Shown: positions 26,962 to 36,908 of the stretch, in pieces
Numbering within the stretch: the first letter of the stretch is position 1
Layout: the number at the start of each line of letters is the position of its first letter
NCBI GenBank assembly: GCA_052099095.1
Contig: JBQDTF010000008.1
Span: 26,164 to 90,163, forward strand
Source: Pseudoclavibacter sp.
GTDB lineage: Bacteria; Actinomycetota; Actinomycetes; Actinomycetales; Microbacteriaceae
Length of the DNA stretch: 64,000 nucleotides
Reading direction: 5' to 3'
Notes under the pieces: model-generated
Told to the model about the DNA's origin: nothing
The model's input: only the letters and a program-made list of their open reading frames with translations
Databases searched by the model: none
Program-made: the position numbers and the translations under genes

Positions 26962-28222
26962 GTTCTGCTCCTTCGTTGGGGCTGGAATCTGGTTCGGCGC
27001 CGGTGCCGTCGGCGGGACCGGTCGCGACCTCCGCGTCGAGCTCGGCGAACACGCCGCGAGCGATACCGAGGGCCCCGTTGGCGGGCGGCAGCCCGGCGTA
27101 GAGGGCGGTGTGCAGGATGACTTCGGCGATCTCGGCGCGGGTCAGGCCGTTCGTGAGGGCGGCGCGCACGTGCATCCGGATCTCGGCCTCGTGTGATCCG
27201 GTGACGAGGCTCGCGAGGGTCGCGATCGACCGCTCGCGGCGGGAGAGCTCGTCGCGCGCCCAAATCTCGCCCCACGCGTAGCGGGTGATGAAGTCCTGGA
27301 ACGGCGCCGTCTCGGCGGTGGTGCCGGCCACGGCCCGGTCGACGTGGGCGTCGCCGAGCACCTCGCGGCGCACGCGCATCCCCAGCTCGTGGGCGCTTGC
27401 CTGCGTCGACGCGCCTTCCGAAGCGGACGCGCGCAGGTGCGTCGTGAGGAGGCGGGCGGCGGCGTCCGGGTCTTCGAGCGCAGCGAGGTGGGCGGTGCCA
27501 GCGATGGTCGAGTGGTAGGCATTGGGGATGCGCTCGGTGAGCGCCTGCATGGCCTCGGGCGTCGTGACGACGTCGTGTTCGCCGCTCACGACGAGGGTCG
27601 GAGCCGTGAGCGAGCCGAGCGATGCGGTGCGGTCGAAGGCGGCGAGGGCCTCGTTGCAGCGAGCGTACGACTCGTCGTCGATGTCGATGAGCGTCGACAG
27701 CGATCGAGCGGCGGCCGAGAGCGGGTTCTGCTCGAGGAAGCCGGGCGCGAACCAGCGCTCGGCGCTGCCCGTGACGAGCGACGCGGTGCCGGATGCGCGC
27801 ACGGCGGCGGCGCGCTGCTCCCAGCCTTCGGTGGTTCCAATCTTCGAGTCGGTGCAGAAGAGGGCGAGGCTCTTCACGCGGTCGGGGTGCGCGAGGGCGA
27901 GCTCGAGCGCGATGGCCCCGCCGAGCGAGAGCCCGGCGAGGTGGAACGCGCCTCCCCCTGCCTCGTCGACAACCCCGAGCACCGCATCCGCGAGCTCGGC
28001 GATCGTGAACGCCTCGGCGGCGGCCGGGCTGGAGCCGTGACCTGGCAGGTCGATGCGCAGGATGCGCAGGGAGCTGCCGGGCGTCGAGGCGCGGAGGGCC
28101 GCGACGGTGCCGTCCCAGAGCGCCATCGTGGTACCGAGCGAGGGCAGCAGGACAAGGAGATCGTTCTGCTCGGCGGGCTTCGTGCCCGGAGCGAAGGCGC
28201 CCCTGAGGCGTGGGATCGTCAT
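26954..28222 (-). CDS. pcaL: Fused 3-oxoadipate enol-lactonase / 4-carboxymuconolactone decarboxylase
   Basis: N-terminal alpha/beta hydrolase (HLAGLSLGG nucleophile elbow) and C-terminal CMD domain (RERSIATLASLVTGSHEAEIRMHV). ATGA overlap with pcaB. Confidence 0.9.
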   Translation of the reverse strand: MTIPRLRGAFAPGTKPAEQNDLLVLLPSLGTTMALWDGTVAALRASTPGSSLRILRIDLPGHGSSPAAAEAFTIAELADAVLGVVDEAGGGAFHLAGLSLGGAIALELALAHPDRVKSLALFCTDSKIGTTEGWEQRAAAVRASGTASLVTGSAERWFAPGFLEQNPLSAAARSLSTLIDIDDESYARCNEALAAFDRTASLGSLTAPTLVVSGEHDVVTTPEAMQALTERIPNAYHSTIAGTAHLAALEDPDAAARLLTTHLRASASEGASTQASAHELGMRVRREVLGDAHVDRAVAGTTAETAPFQDFITRYAWGEIWARDELSRRERSIATLASLVTGSHEAEIRMHVRAALTNGLTRAEIAEVILHTALYAGLPPANGALGIARGVFAELDAEVATGPADGTGAEPDSSPNEGAERG

Positions 28223-29421
28223 GCGGTCTCCTCGCTGTTCGTACTTTCGTCGGAGTCGCCGTCGCGTTCTCGGTCCCCTCGGGAGTCCTGGTACAGGAAC
28301 CGACTGATGGCCGCGTTCACGACCCGGTTGGCTGCCTGCAGCGTGACCCGGTCGGCACCCGCGATGGCCGAGTCGGCGAGGTGGTGACGGGCCGTCTCTC
28401 GCTCGACGCGCACGCCCTCGAGGGATGCGGCGAGGCGTCGCGCGGACACTCCCGCGAGCTCGAGAAGCCGTCGCAGGGCATCCCATTCGGCGTGCCACTC
28501 GCCGGCCGGCCGCTCGTCCTGCGAGATCGCGGCGGACGCGACCGTGGCCAGGAGGCCGGGCGCCTGGAGGGCGTTCGAGACGACGACGACGGGGGCGACG
28601 GGGTTCTGCTTGTGCGGCATCGCCGACGAGGAGCCACCGCCTGGGAGGCTGATCTCGCCGACTCGCTCGCCCGAGGCGGTCACGAGGTCGCGGCCGATGC
28701 GGCCGAGCGCGACCAGCACTGCCGTGGCGGCGCTGGCGACGGCGAGCACGGGGGTGCGCTCGGCGTGCCAGGAGCGGCGGGGGTCGTCGAGGCCGAGACT
28801 GTCGGCGAGGTGTGCGCGCAGGATGCTCGTGGTCTGCGCGCCGGACCCGAGCCGGTCTGCGGCTTCGCCGGTGCCGACGGCTCCCCCGAACTGCACGGGG
28901 AAGCTGAGGCCGTCGATGGCCGCGATAGCTGAAGTGACGCCGTCGAGCCACCCGGCGAACTGCACACCGATGGTGGTCGCTGCGGCCTGCCGACCGAGCG
29001 TGTAGGCGACGCGGGGCGAGCGGCGCTCGGCGTCGGCGAGGCCCTGCAGGCGCGTGCCCGCGGAGACCAGGTCGGCGCGGACTGTCGCGAGCGCGTCGCG
29101 TGCGCGGAGCATGCTCGCGGAGTCGACGATGTCCTGGCTCGTCGCGCCGGCGTGCAGGCGCGGGGCATCAATGCCGGAGGCGGCGAGGGAGGCGCGGAGC
29201 TGGCGCACGAGCTCAGGGACGACAACCCCGTCGGCTTCGAGGCCGTCGCAGAGCGCGTCAGCATCGAGGTCGGAGGCTTCGACCGCGGCCGCGGCCGCGC
29301 GTGCGTCGCGCGTCTCGAGGTCCGCCCATGCTCGCAGCAGCTCGGCCTCGACGACGAGCATGCCCCGCACGAGGTCGCCGACCTCGCCGGAGCCCGCCGA
29401 ACCTGCCGTCCCCACGCTCAC
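28219..29421 (-). CDS. pcaB: 3-carboxy-cis,cis-muconate cycloisomerase (fumarate-lyase superfamily)
   Basis: GATSQDIVDS..., GSSAMPHKQNP signature. GTG 29421 overlaps the pcaG stop; start uncertain. Confidence 0.85.
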   Translation of the reverse strand: MSVGTAGSAGSGEVGDLVRGMLVVEAELLRAWADLETRDARAAAAAVEASDLDADALCDGLEADGVVVPELVRQLRASLAASGIDAPRLHAGATSQDIVDSASMLRARDALATVRADLVSAGTRLQGLADAERRSPRVAYTLGRQAAATTIGVQFAGWLDGVTSAIAAIDGLSFPVQFGGAVGTGEAADRLGSGAQTTSILRAHLADSLGLDDPRRSWHAERTPVLAVASAATAVLVALGRIGRDLVTASGERVGEISLPGGGSSSAMPHKQNPVAPVVVVSNALQAPGLLATVASAAISQDERPAGEWHAEWDALRRLLELAGVSARRLAASLEGVRVERETARHHLADSAIAGADRVTLQAANRVVNAAISRFLYQDSRGDRERDGDSDESTNSEETA

Positions 29422-30029
29422 AGCTCCTGCCCGAAGTCGAAGAAGACGGTCTCGCCGTCGCCCTGCAGGCGGATGTCGAAGCGGTAGCTGCCTGGCGCAT
29501 CCGGTACCGCGATGAGTGTGGGGCGGCGTTCTGCTGCGATGCCCGCGAGCACCGGGTCCGCCGCGTTTTCGTCTGGCTGGTCGCCGAAGTACGCGCGCGT
29601 GAAGAGGTGGTGCAGCAGGCCCCGCGCGAAGATCGTGACGAGCAGGTAGGGCGCGGCTCCCGTATCCCGTCGGCCCGGCTTGATGGTCGTGAACGAGTAG
29701 TGGCCGTCGCGGTCGGCGGGGGTGCGCCCGAAGCCCGTGAAGGTGTAGCCGTCGCGCTCGAGGCTGCCGCGCTGCGCGACCGGGGCACCGTCGGCGTCGA
29801 GGCCCCACAGCTCGAGGATCGCATCCGGAACCGTCTCCCCTGCCCCGTCGGTGACGGTGCCGTGGAGGCGGATCACGTCGGGCCGCCAGGGCGCGGCGAT
29901 CTCGCCGCCGCGCTCGTATGGGAGCGCGTAGCCGTAGAAGGGGCCGACCGTCTGCGAGGGCGTCTGGCCGAGCGGCGCCTCCGCATCCGCCTCGATCGTC
30001 GCGGCCTCGCTTGTCGTGGGTTCAGGCAT
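29418..30029 (-). CDS. pcaG: Protocatechuate 3,4-dioxygenase alpha subunit
   Basis: TPSQTVGPFYGYALP..., HYSFTTIKPG..., TIFARGLLHHLFTRAYF. Confidence 0.9.
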   Translation of the reverse strand: MPEPTTSEAATIEADAEAPLGQTPSQTVGPFYGYALPYERGGEIAAPWRPDVIRLHGTVTDGAGETVPDAILELWGLDADGAPVAQRGSLERDGYTFTGFGRTPADRDGHYSFTTIKPGRRDTGAAPYLLVTIFARGLLHHLFTRAYFGDQPDENAADPVLAGIAAERRPTLIAVPDAPGSYRFDIRLQGDGETVFFDFGQEL

Positions 30030-30867
30030 GATTGTCGTCCTCCGGTTCCATCCACGTGGACTTCGAGCCGGTGAGCACGATGTCCCACTTGTAGCCGATC
30101 GCCCACTCGTGCTCGCTGACGTCGTGGTCGTAGTTGGCGACGAGTCTTGCGCGCGCGGCTGGGTCGACGATGGACTGGTAGATCGGGTCAAGCGCGAAGA
30201 GCGGGTCGCCGGGGAAGTACATCTGCGTGATGAGGCGCTGCGTGAACTGCGTGCCGAACAGCGAGAAGTGGATGTGCGCGGGCCGCCACGCGTTGCGGTG
30301 GTTCTTCCACGGATACGCGCCGGGCTTGATGGTGGTGAGGCGGTACTCGCCGTCGTCGCCTGTGATGATGCGGCCGACGCCCGTGAAGTTCGGGTCGAGC
30401 GGGGCGGGGTGCTGGTCGCGCTTGTGCACGTAGCGTCCGGCGGCGTTGGCCTGCCAGATCTCGACGAGCTGGCCGCGCACGGGGCGCCCTTCTCCGTCGA
30501 GGATGCGGCCGGAGACGATGATGCGCTCGCCGATGGGTTCGCCGTTGTGCTGGATCGTCAGGTCGGATTCCTCTGCCGCGACGTCCGTGTGCCCGAAGGC
30601 TGGCGAGACGAGCTCGATCTCCTCGGGGTCGGCCCGCACGAGCTGATGCGTGGGGTGGCGCAGCGCCACGGAGCGGTAGGGCGCGAAGTCGCGCAGCGGG
30701 TGGCTGCGGGCATCGCCGGCGTGCGCCGCGTGGGTGTCGGCGATCTGCTGCGAGATGAACGACTGCGTCACGAGCGATGAGACGGGGCCGTCGAGCTTCT
30801 CGGTGGCGTGCACTGGTGGGAAAGTCTCGGCGGCCTTACCGGCGCCACTGTCCTGCGGGGCGTTCAT
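30022..30867 (-). CDS. pcaH: Protocatechuate 3,4-dioxygenase beta subunit
   Basis: VEIWQANAAGRYVHKRD..., YRLTTIKPGAYPW..., RPAHIHFSLFG (Fe ligands). Confidence 0.9.
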   Translation of the reverse strand: MNAPQDSGAGKAAETFPPVHATEKLDGPVSSLVTQSFISQQIADTHAAHAGDARSHPLRDFAPYRSVALRHPTHQLVRADPEEIELVSPAFGHTDVAAEESDLTIQHNGEPIGERIIVSGRILDGEGRPVRGQLVEIWQANAAGRYVHKRDQHPAPLDPNFTGVGRIITGDDGEYRLTTIKPGAYPWKNHRNAWRPAHIHFSLFGTQFTQRLITQMYFPGDPLFALDPIYQSIVDPAARARLVANYDHDVSEHEWAIGYKWDIVLTGSKSTWMEPEDDNHA

Positions 30868-32105
30868 CGTGCATCCACGAACGGGAGGCCGGCGTATTGC
30901 TCGGCGAGGCTGACCTGGGCGGCGTGGGAGGAGGTGACGTAGCGGATCTGCCCGAGCTGGCGTTGGAAGTCGAAGGCGCTCTGTTCGGCGGAGCCGTCGG
31001 CGGGGTGCACGTGGAGCATGTCGGTCATCCACTGCGAGAAGTGCTGCACCTTCCACTGTCGGTCGAGGGCTTTGTCGCTGTACTGCTCGAGGCCCGTGTC
31101 ATCGCCGGCGTAGTGGGCTTGGAGGGCTTCGGCGAGGAGGGCGACGTCGGCGATGGCCGAGTTGAGGCCTTTCGCGCCGGTCGGGGGCACGATGTGGCCG
31201 GCGTCGCCGACGAGGTAGAGGCGGCCGTGGTTGAGGGTGGAGACGACGAAGCTGCGCATGGGCAGGATCGACTTCTCGGTGATGGGGCCTTCTGTGAGGG
31301 TCCAGCCTTCGGTGCCGAGGCGTGTCTGCAGGGCTTCCCAGATGCGTTCGTCGCTCCAGTTGGCGATGTCGTCGTCGGGGCTGACCTGCAGGTAGAGGCG
31401 GGAGAGGGTGGTGGAGCGCATGGAGTGCATAGCGAAGCCGTCGTGGTGGAGCGCGTAGATGAGGTCGTCGGTGGAGGGGGCGACGTCGGCGAGGATGCCG
31501 AGCCACGCGAAGTCGTAGACGCGTTCGGCGACGTCGAGGGTGCCTTCGGGGAAGCTGCGGCGGCAGACGCCGTGGTAGCCGTCGGCGCCGATGATGTAGT
31601 CGCAGTCGAGGGTGATGCGCTCGCCGTTCGGGGCCGTGTAGGTGACGGATGCGCGTGGGCCGTCGATCTCGATCGGCTTGACGTCGGTGGCCTCGAAGAC
31701 GAGTTGCGAGCCGAGGCGTTCGTGTTCTTCGACGAGGTGGTGGACGAGCGCCTGCTGGCCGTAGATGGTGACGGTGCGGCCGGTGAGCTCGGCGAAGTCG
31801 ATGTGGTGGCGCTCGCCTTCGTGCTGCAGGTAGATGCCGTGGTGGGTGAGGCCGTTGGCTTTGAGGTCGGCGTCGAGGCCGAACCTAGCGAGGAGGTCGA
31901 CGGAGTCCTGTTCGAGTACGCCGGCGCGGATGCGGCCGAGCACGTACTCCCTGTCGCGCGCTTCGAGGATGCGGTAGTCGATGCCCGCCTGCCCCAGGAT
32001 GTGGCCGAGCAGCAGGCCGGCCGGCCCGGCTCCGATGATCGCCACCTGCGTGGACTGGCGGGCGCCGGTGTCGGCGGCCTGGGCGGGGCTCTCGTCGCTC
32101 GTCAT
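30864..32105 (-). CDS. pobA: 4-hydroxybenzoate 3-monooxygenase
   Basis: VAIIGAGPAGLLLG (GxGxxG), RIRAGVLE, LVGDAGHIVPPTGAKGLN blocks typical of PobA. Confidence 0.9.
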   Translation of the reverse strand: MTSDESPAQAADTGARQSTQVAIIGAGPAGLLLGHILGQAGIDYRILEARDREYVLGRIRAGVLEQDSVDLLARFGLDADLKANGLTHHGIYLQHEGERHHIDFAELTGRTVTIYGQQALVHHLVEEHERLGSQLVFEATDVKPIEIDGPRASVTYTAPNGERITLDCDYIIGADGYHGVCRRSFPEGTLDVAERVYDFAWLGILADVAPSTDDLIYALHHDGFAMHSMRSTTLSRLYLQVSPDDDIANWSDERIWEALQTRLGTEGWTLTEGPITEKSILPMRSFVVSTLNHGRLYLVGDAGHIVPPTGAKGLNSAIADVALLAEALQAHYAGDDTGLEQYSDKALDRQWKVQHFSQWMTDMLHVHPADGSAEQSAFDFQRQLGQIRYVTSSHAAQVSLAEQYAGLPFVDAR

Positions 32106-32500
32106 CGAACGCCTCTCGTCGTTGGGAAGGATGAGACGAGTGTGCGGGGCGAGCGGATGCTGGGGGCGGAGGTTTCCGCTGAGTGGAAGGTTCGAGAAGT
32201 TGCGAAGGCAGGCAGATGGCGAGAAGAAGGTGCCCTTCGTGCCAGCTCAGCACTGTCGCAAAACCGACGGCGGCGACACGTTTCCGTCGATGAAGTTGTG
32301 ACACATAGTTTTGAGAATCGAGCCGCGCGGCCGCGCGCGAGAACTGGGCCGGGTGCCACTCCAGAAGTGAGACGTCTCGAAACCCTAAGGTTGCGAGAAC
32401 CGCTCGCCCGTCTGACTGGAGATGTGGGCCAACCCGGCGTTCGGTCATCCGAGCGGCATTCTGTCCAGTTTTGTCGGTGGTGGTTGATAGCGTGCCCGGC

Positions 32501-33130
32501 GTGAAGATCTTGTTGCTTTCTCGCTGTATGGGCGCGATGGCTCCCTTCCTGGCGGAATCGATCGATCCAGGAACCGCGCTTCGCCTTGGCTACGTTGACG
32601 ACGCCCAGGTGTCCTTTGGAGATGCTCCGTTCGTGCGAGCTGAACGCGACTCGGTGCTGAAGCTCGGTCACGAGGTCGTCGGGATCACCGTCCGAGGGTT
32701 GAGCGCCACTGAGTTCGAGCGCACCCTGGGAGGGATTGACGCACTGTACGTTGCCAGCGGCAGTACCTTCGCTCTCCTCGAGGCGCTCCGAGTGTCGGGC
32801 TGCGACGTGCCCTTGGTCAAACATGTGCGAGCAGGGCTCCCCTACGTCGGCTCCAGTGCCGGGTCGATCATCGCGGGGCCCGACGTCACGCCTGCATCCT
32901 TGATGGACGATCCTGCAGATGGGCCCGCGCTCACTGATCACGATGGCCTCGGATTGATCGACCAAACGGTCATCCCGCATGCGGATGGGAAACTACCGCC
33001 GTACCCGCCGGACCTTATTCGCCGGACGTTGGAGGCCTACGGTGCCGACTATCCGCTGGTGCCCCTCTCCGATGACCAGGCCCTGCTGGTTGACGAGACT
33101 CACACGAGGGTGATCGACTCAGGCTGCTAA
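32501..33130 (+). CDS. Peptidase S51 (dipeptidase E-like)
   Basis: VKILLLS..., ALYVASGSTFALL, YVGSSAGSIIAGP (Ser nucleophile context). GTG 32501 chosen; start uncertain. Confidence 0.7.
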   Translation: MKILLLSRCMGAMAPFLAESIDPGTALRLGYVDDAQVSFGDAPFVRAERDSVLKLGHEVVGITVRGLSATEFERTLGGIDALYVASGSTFALLEALRVSGCDVPLVKHVRAGLPYVGSSAGSIIAGPDVTPASLMDDPADGPALTDHDGLGLIDQTVIPHADGKLPPYPPDLIRRTLEAYGADYPLVPLSDDQALLVDETHTRVIDSGC

Positions 33131-33194
33131 GCGTGGCCGGCTGAGGTCAATGACGGTGCGAAGAATCTGAAATTCTCCTCGTTGTCGTTGTGCA

Positions 33195-33229
33195 GTGAGA
33201 CACCTCAAAACCTATGGGTTTCGAGACTC
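33195..33229 (+). repeat. R2 repeat, core-only copy
   Basis: gtgagacacctcaaaacctatgggtttcgagactc. Confidence 0.7.
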
Positions 33230-33900
33230 TGTAGAGGCAGCGCTTGGCACGCTGCCCAGGCTTACACACGGTGTTGTCTGCTGCGGGACGGTCCGTTCAG
33301 TGGTGAGGGTTGCGTGAAACCCAGACCCAGAACTTCCCTCGCTCTGACTGGGGAGCTGCGCTGAACTCGGTCCCGTCGGGCATCGCAGATCGCCCGTCCT
33401 TGCAGGCTTTGAGAAGAACGTCATAACTGACTGGTGTGCGCAGAGCGTTTTCGACGGCCGCGACAGTCTGCTGTCGCGAGGCTTCCGTGGCTGAGGTGGC
33501 AGGCCAAGCGCGGCTGGGAGTAAAGGCGGCTCGTCGCACCCTGGCATGTGTCATGGTTGGTGGGTCCCAGCGCGGTGAGCGCTCGGTATCGGCTTCTTCT
33601 CGCTGGGGGCCGGTTGCCACCTCCTTCAGATGTCTCGACACCAGCGGGGAACTTTCTTTGGGGGTTGGGTCCATGAGGGTGCGCGTGAAGGCAAGGGGCC
33701 TCCTGGTTGAAGTAGTGAAGTGGCCGCTATTCCTCGGAGTGGGGGCGGTTCTGGTCGCATGTGCGCATGTGAGGGGCATGTCGGAGCCTGGCTCAACTCT
33801 TGTCGACGCGATGACTTCGGTTGATGTCGTGACTCGAATTGCGCAGGGTTTGGCTGCCTGCCTGCACAATCTGGTCGACGTTTCGGGTTCGCGGTGAAGA

Positions 33901-34761
33901 TCAGTCGTGACGGCTTGGCTTTTCGGCACGTTGGAGTGCTGCGCGGGCTTGGGTCGATGTGACGAATCCGGCAGTGTTGGCGAGTATCGCGAACGCGCGC
34001 CGGTTGGCGAGCGCTTCTGTTGTCGCGGTGCTGAGTGCGTCGCGGAGGTCTTGCACGCGTTGGCGTTCGAGCTCGCGCCGTGGGGTGGTGGAGTAGCGCG
34101 AGAAGATTCTTTGGAGTCGTCGGTCGGACATGTTGAAGTGGTCGGCGACGTCGCGGACGGTGAAGGCCGGGAGGTGTTTGTTCTGCTCCATGAACGCCAT
34201 TGCCGCTCTGAAGGCCTGCGAGGTGTCGGTGCGTTCGATGGGAGGTGTTTGTTGTGGTGCGGTTTCGAGGAGCGCCGCGACGAGGTGTTCGAGGGAGCGT
34301 GCCGTGTGTAAGGAATTAGTCATGACGGGTTCCGCGGCGAGGAGTGCGTTGCTCAGGGACGTGAGGGGGAGCCAGGCGGGGCGTCGCACAGGGTGTGTGA
34401 TCCCGACGCCGTGTTGGACGAGCGGGTTGCGGAGGATGCCCGCTTGGAGGTGCCAGAGGTAGCGAACCGTCGGCGTCAACACGGAGAGGCGCGTGGGGAT
34501 TGCACTGTCCAGGAGTACGACGTGGTTCTCGGTGATCGCGAATTCTCGTGCCCCGTACTGGATGAGGCACGCACCCTCGGTGACCAGGAGCACGGAGAGC
34601 CGGCCGGGCGCGGGAATCGAGTCCCAAGTGCCGTGTGGTGACCAGGCCCGGCCGATCTGGAAGTCTCGTGGACCGGTCGTATCGAGGCGGAGGCCGTCGG
34701 TGCTGGACGCGTGCCAACCGAGGGCGCTGAGCGCGTCGGCGGTGTCGGTGGGGCGCTGCAT
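33901..34761 (-). CDS. AraC family transcriptional regulator
   Basis: C-terminal HTH_18: FTVRDVADHFNMSDRRLQRIFSRYSTTPRRELERQRV. Confidence 0.85.
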   Translation of the reverse strand: MQRPTDTADALSALGWHASSTDGLRLDTTGPRDFQIGRAWSPHGTWDSIPAPGRLSVLLVTEGACLIQYGAREFAITENHVVLLDSAIPTRLSVLTPTVRYLWHLQAGILRNPLVQHGVGITHPVRRPAWLPLTSLSNALLAAEPVMTNSLHTARSLEHLVAALLETAPQQTPPIERTDTSQAFRAAMAFMEQNKHLPAFTVRDVADHFNMSDRRLQRIFSRYSTTPRRELERQRVQDLRDALSTATTEALANRRAFAILANTAGFVTSTQARAALQRAEKPSRHD

Positions 34762-35210
34762 TAAGGATGCGTCGCTTTGTTGTCACGGGGGGGGGTGCTG
34801 GTGTCGGGGAATTCTGCGTCCCATGCCCACGCCCACGTCGGTATGGTGCGGAGGATTCCGGAGGTCTGAGGCTCCCCAATCCAGAACGTTGTTCTGCGTC
34901 GCTCGAATGGGCCTGGCCCGAACGCGCCCCAGACGAGGTACACGCGCCCGGAACGAGGGGTTACGCCGTGAAACCACGCACGCTGGTACGTACCGTCGGT
35001 GAACACGACCGCGCAGGATGCCCCTTTGGGGTAGGTGTGGGGCGTGGTGACTACACGGACGAGCGCTCCCCCGCTATCGCGGGCTGCAGCCAAGAGGTCT
35101 TGGGAGAATGCAGCTCGCTGTGCCAGCGGAGCGAGTCGCCCCCAGCGAGGTGCCGACGGGAACGGTACCGCGGGGCTCCTATCGATGCGAGCCGACGTGA
35201 CTCGGCACAT
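34761..35210 (-). CDS. Hypothetical protein (149 aa) translationally abutting the AraC gene (TAATG)
   Basis: Coding-like codon pattern. No recognisable domain. Carries a 9-nt homopolymer near its 3' end. Confidence 0.4.
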   Translation of the reverse strand: MCRVTSARIDRSPAVPFPSAPRWGRLAPLAQRAAFSQDLLAAARDSGGALVRVVTTPHTYPKGASCAVVFTDGTYQRAWFHGVTPRSGRVYLVWGAFGPGPFERRRTTFWIGEPQTSGILRTIPTWAWAWDAEFPDTSTPPRDNKATHP

Positions 35211-35848
35211 TCGAGCCTCCTACTCGGTGTCGCATGATCGAAGGGGAGAACTGGCCCGCTGCTGCGGACGGGCAGGAGCGGACCAGTCGTACTGTCAACC
35301 GGGACTCCCCAGAACCGTGATTGACAGGTTGGTGGGTCCGGTGCGTGCCAAGTCCCCCGACTTGGCGCACACCGGACGGGTGTGGGCTCCACGGCCGTGT
35401 TCATTGGCGCGTAGCCCAGCCAGCTCTTCATGCTCGCTTCATCGAGCAAACCCGAGGCAGCCTCAAGGAGTGCGGTGTGGGGGCTCGCTCGGAACGTGTC
35501 AGAGGATGCCCCGCAGCTCGCAGACGGAGCCGAACTTAAACTGCGGGGCGGCGTCGTCTGGGACTTCTCAGTGCCTCAGGTGACGGTTATGGGTGCCGGT
35601 TCGTTCCGTATGCCCCCCGGGCCTAGAACGAACCGGCAAGAGAGCGGAACCACGTAGAGATGGTCCCGCTTCTCGTCTCAGGCGGGTTCCCCAACGCGAC
35701 CTGAGACGTGCGACGACGAACCAACCGAAACCGATCGGCGTCGCCGAGTCAGTACCCGCAACCCCTACGTGAAGCGGGGGTGGGGCTGCGGGTACGTCTG
35801 TGGAAAAGGTGCCAGCTAACCGTGGACGCCCACGTAGGTGCGTGGTGT

Positions 35849-36583
35849 TTAGCAGGGAACTTCGAAGCCGAAATCACTGAGACGCACGCCGTGCGACACT
35901 CCGGTTCCCGAGGCAACCGTTCCTGGCGTGGTGATGTCGATGTTCAGGGAGGTGACGTTTCCGGCAACTACATACTGCACAGTGCCGGCTGGGTCAGTTT
36001 CGTCAATCGGATTGTCGGTCAGCGGGCGGTAGGTGTCCGCCGCAGTACTCAACACAACCTGTGCGCCTGGCGTGGCCGTAGCGGTGACTCCGGTGACGGC
36101 AACGTACTCGCGGTAGAAGCTGCCTCCGCTGTTGATGCCGTCAACGTCAGCGATGCTGAAGCGGAGGTTCTGGATGGGGGTGTCGAAGGTTATGGTGACG
36201 CGCTGCCGGTAGCGCGTGTCGTAGCTGAGATCGGCGGCGGCGACGGTCTGTCGATCCGAGATGAGCAGTCCGGCCGCATTAGTGCCGAGGCTGCTGCCGG
36301 CCGGGATGGAGAGGCGTGGCCCGAGTGCCGACGACAAAGTGAATGTGATGACCTCGCCGGCCGGTGTCGTCACGCTGCCTGTGCCGGACACGTTGCTCGT
36401 GCGCGTGAAGTTGCTCGCCCAATCGAGGGTGACGTTTGGGTCGCATTGCGAGGCGGCGTGCGCAGGGGCAGCCATGGTTGCCGCGATGACCGGAATGGAC
36501 CAGGCAGCACCGGCGACGATGGTACGGCGTGAAGGGGCGAGGGTCGTTGGCTCGTCCGTGCCGGGAGTGTTGTGGTGGGCCAT
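35849..36583 (-). CDS. Tat-signal secreted protein of unknown function
   Basis: ATG 36583. SRRTIVAGAAWSIPVIAATMAAPAHA signal with twin-Arg. Mature protein is beta-rich, with Cys near the N-terminus (ASQC) and as the last residue (EVPC). Confidence 0.65.
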   Translation of the reverse strand: MAHHNTPGTDEPTTLAPSRRTIVAGAAWSIPVIAATMAAPAHAASQCDPNVTLDWASNFTRTSNVSGTGSVTTPAGEVITFTLSSALGPRLSIPAGSSLGTNAAGLLISDRQTVAAADLSYDTRYRQRVTITFDTPIQNLRFSIADVDGINSGGSFYREYVAVTGVTATATPGAQVVLSTAADTYRPLTDNPIDETDPAGTVQYVVAGNVTSLNIDITTPGTVASGTGVSHGVRLSDFGFEVPC

Positions 36584-36908
36584 GTGTGAATCTCGTTTCG
36601 TCTGGGTGAGAGGGGGAACAGATGCGCGATTCGGTGGCTGGGAGTCGCGTCTGATGAGGAGGCGGACGGAGGTGTCCATAAGCGGCTTGCGCTCTTCGCT
36701 AACCCCTGTCCTTCCCTGCAACAGCGGCCGAGGTAACTGTGACGTGGGCAGAGTTCCGGTGGCGCTGCTTGGGGCGAAACGTGCACGATTTGGTTTTATG
36801 TCTGCACAGAATGGACAGAATCCCCATGCACCCCGAGAGTGTCGCAATATAGAACTCGGGTGGACCCAGATGCGTCGGCCTTAGGCCGCGTGAAGGGGTT
36901 TGCCGCGA

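Noticed and set aside
33297-33929. 210-aa minus-strand ORF (and 33436..33897 +) in the gap between the S51 peptidase and AraC genes
   Set aside because: There is no motif and codon usage is mixed. Only the C-terminal third looks coding-like, so it may be a gene remnant. The evidence is insufficient to call it.
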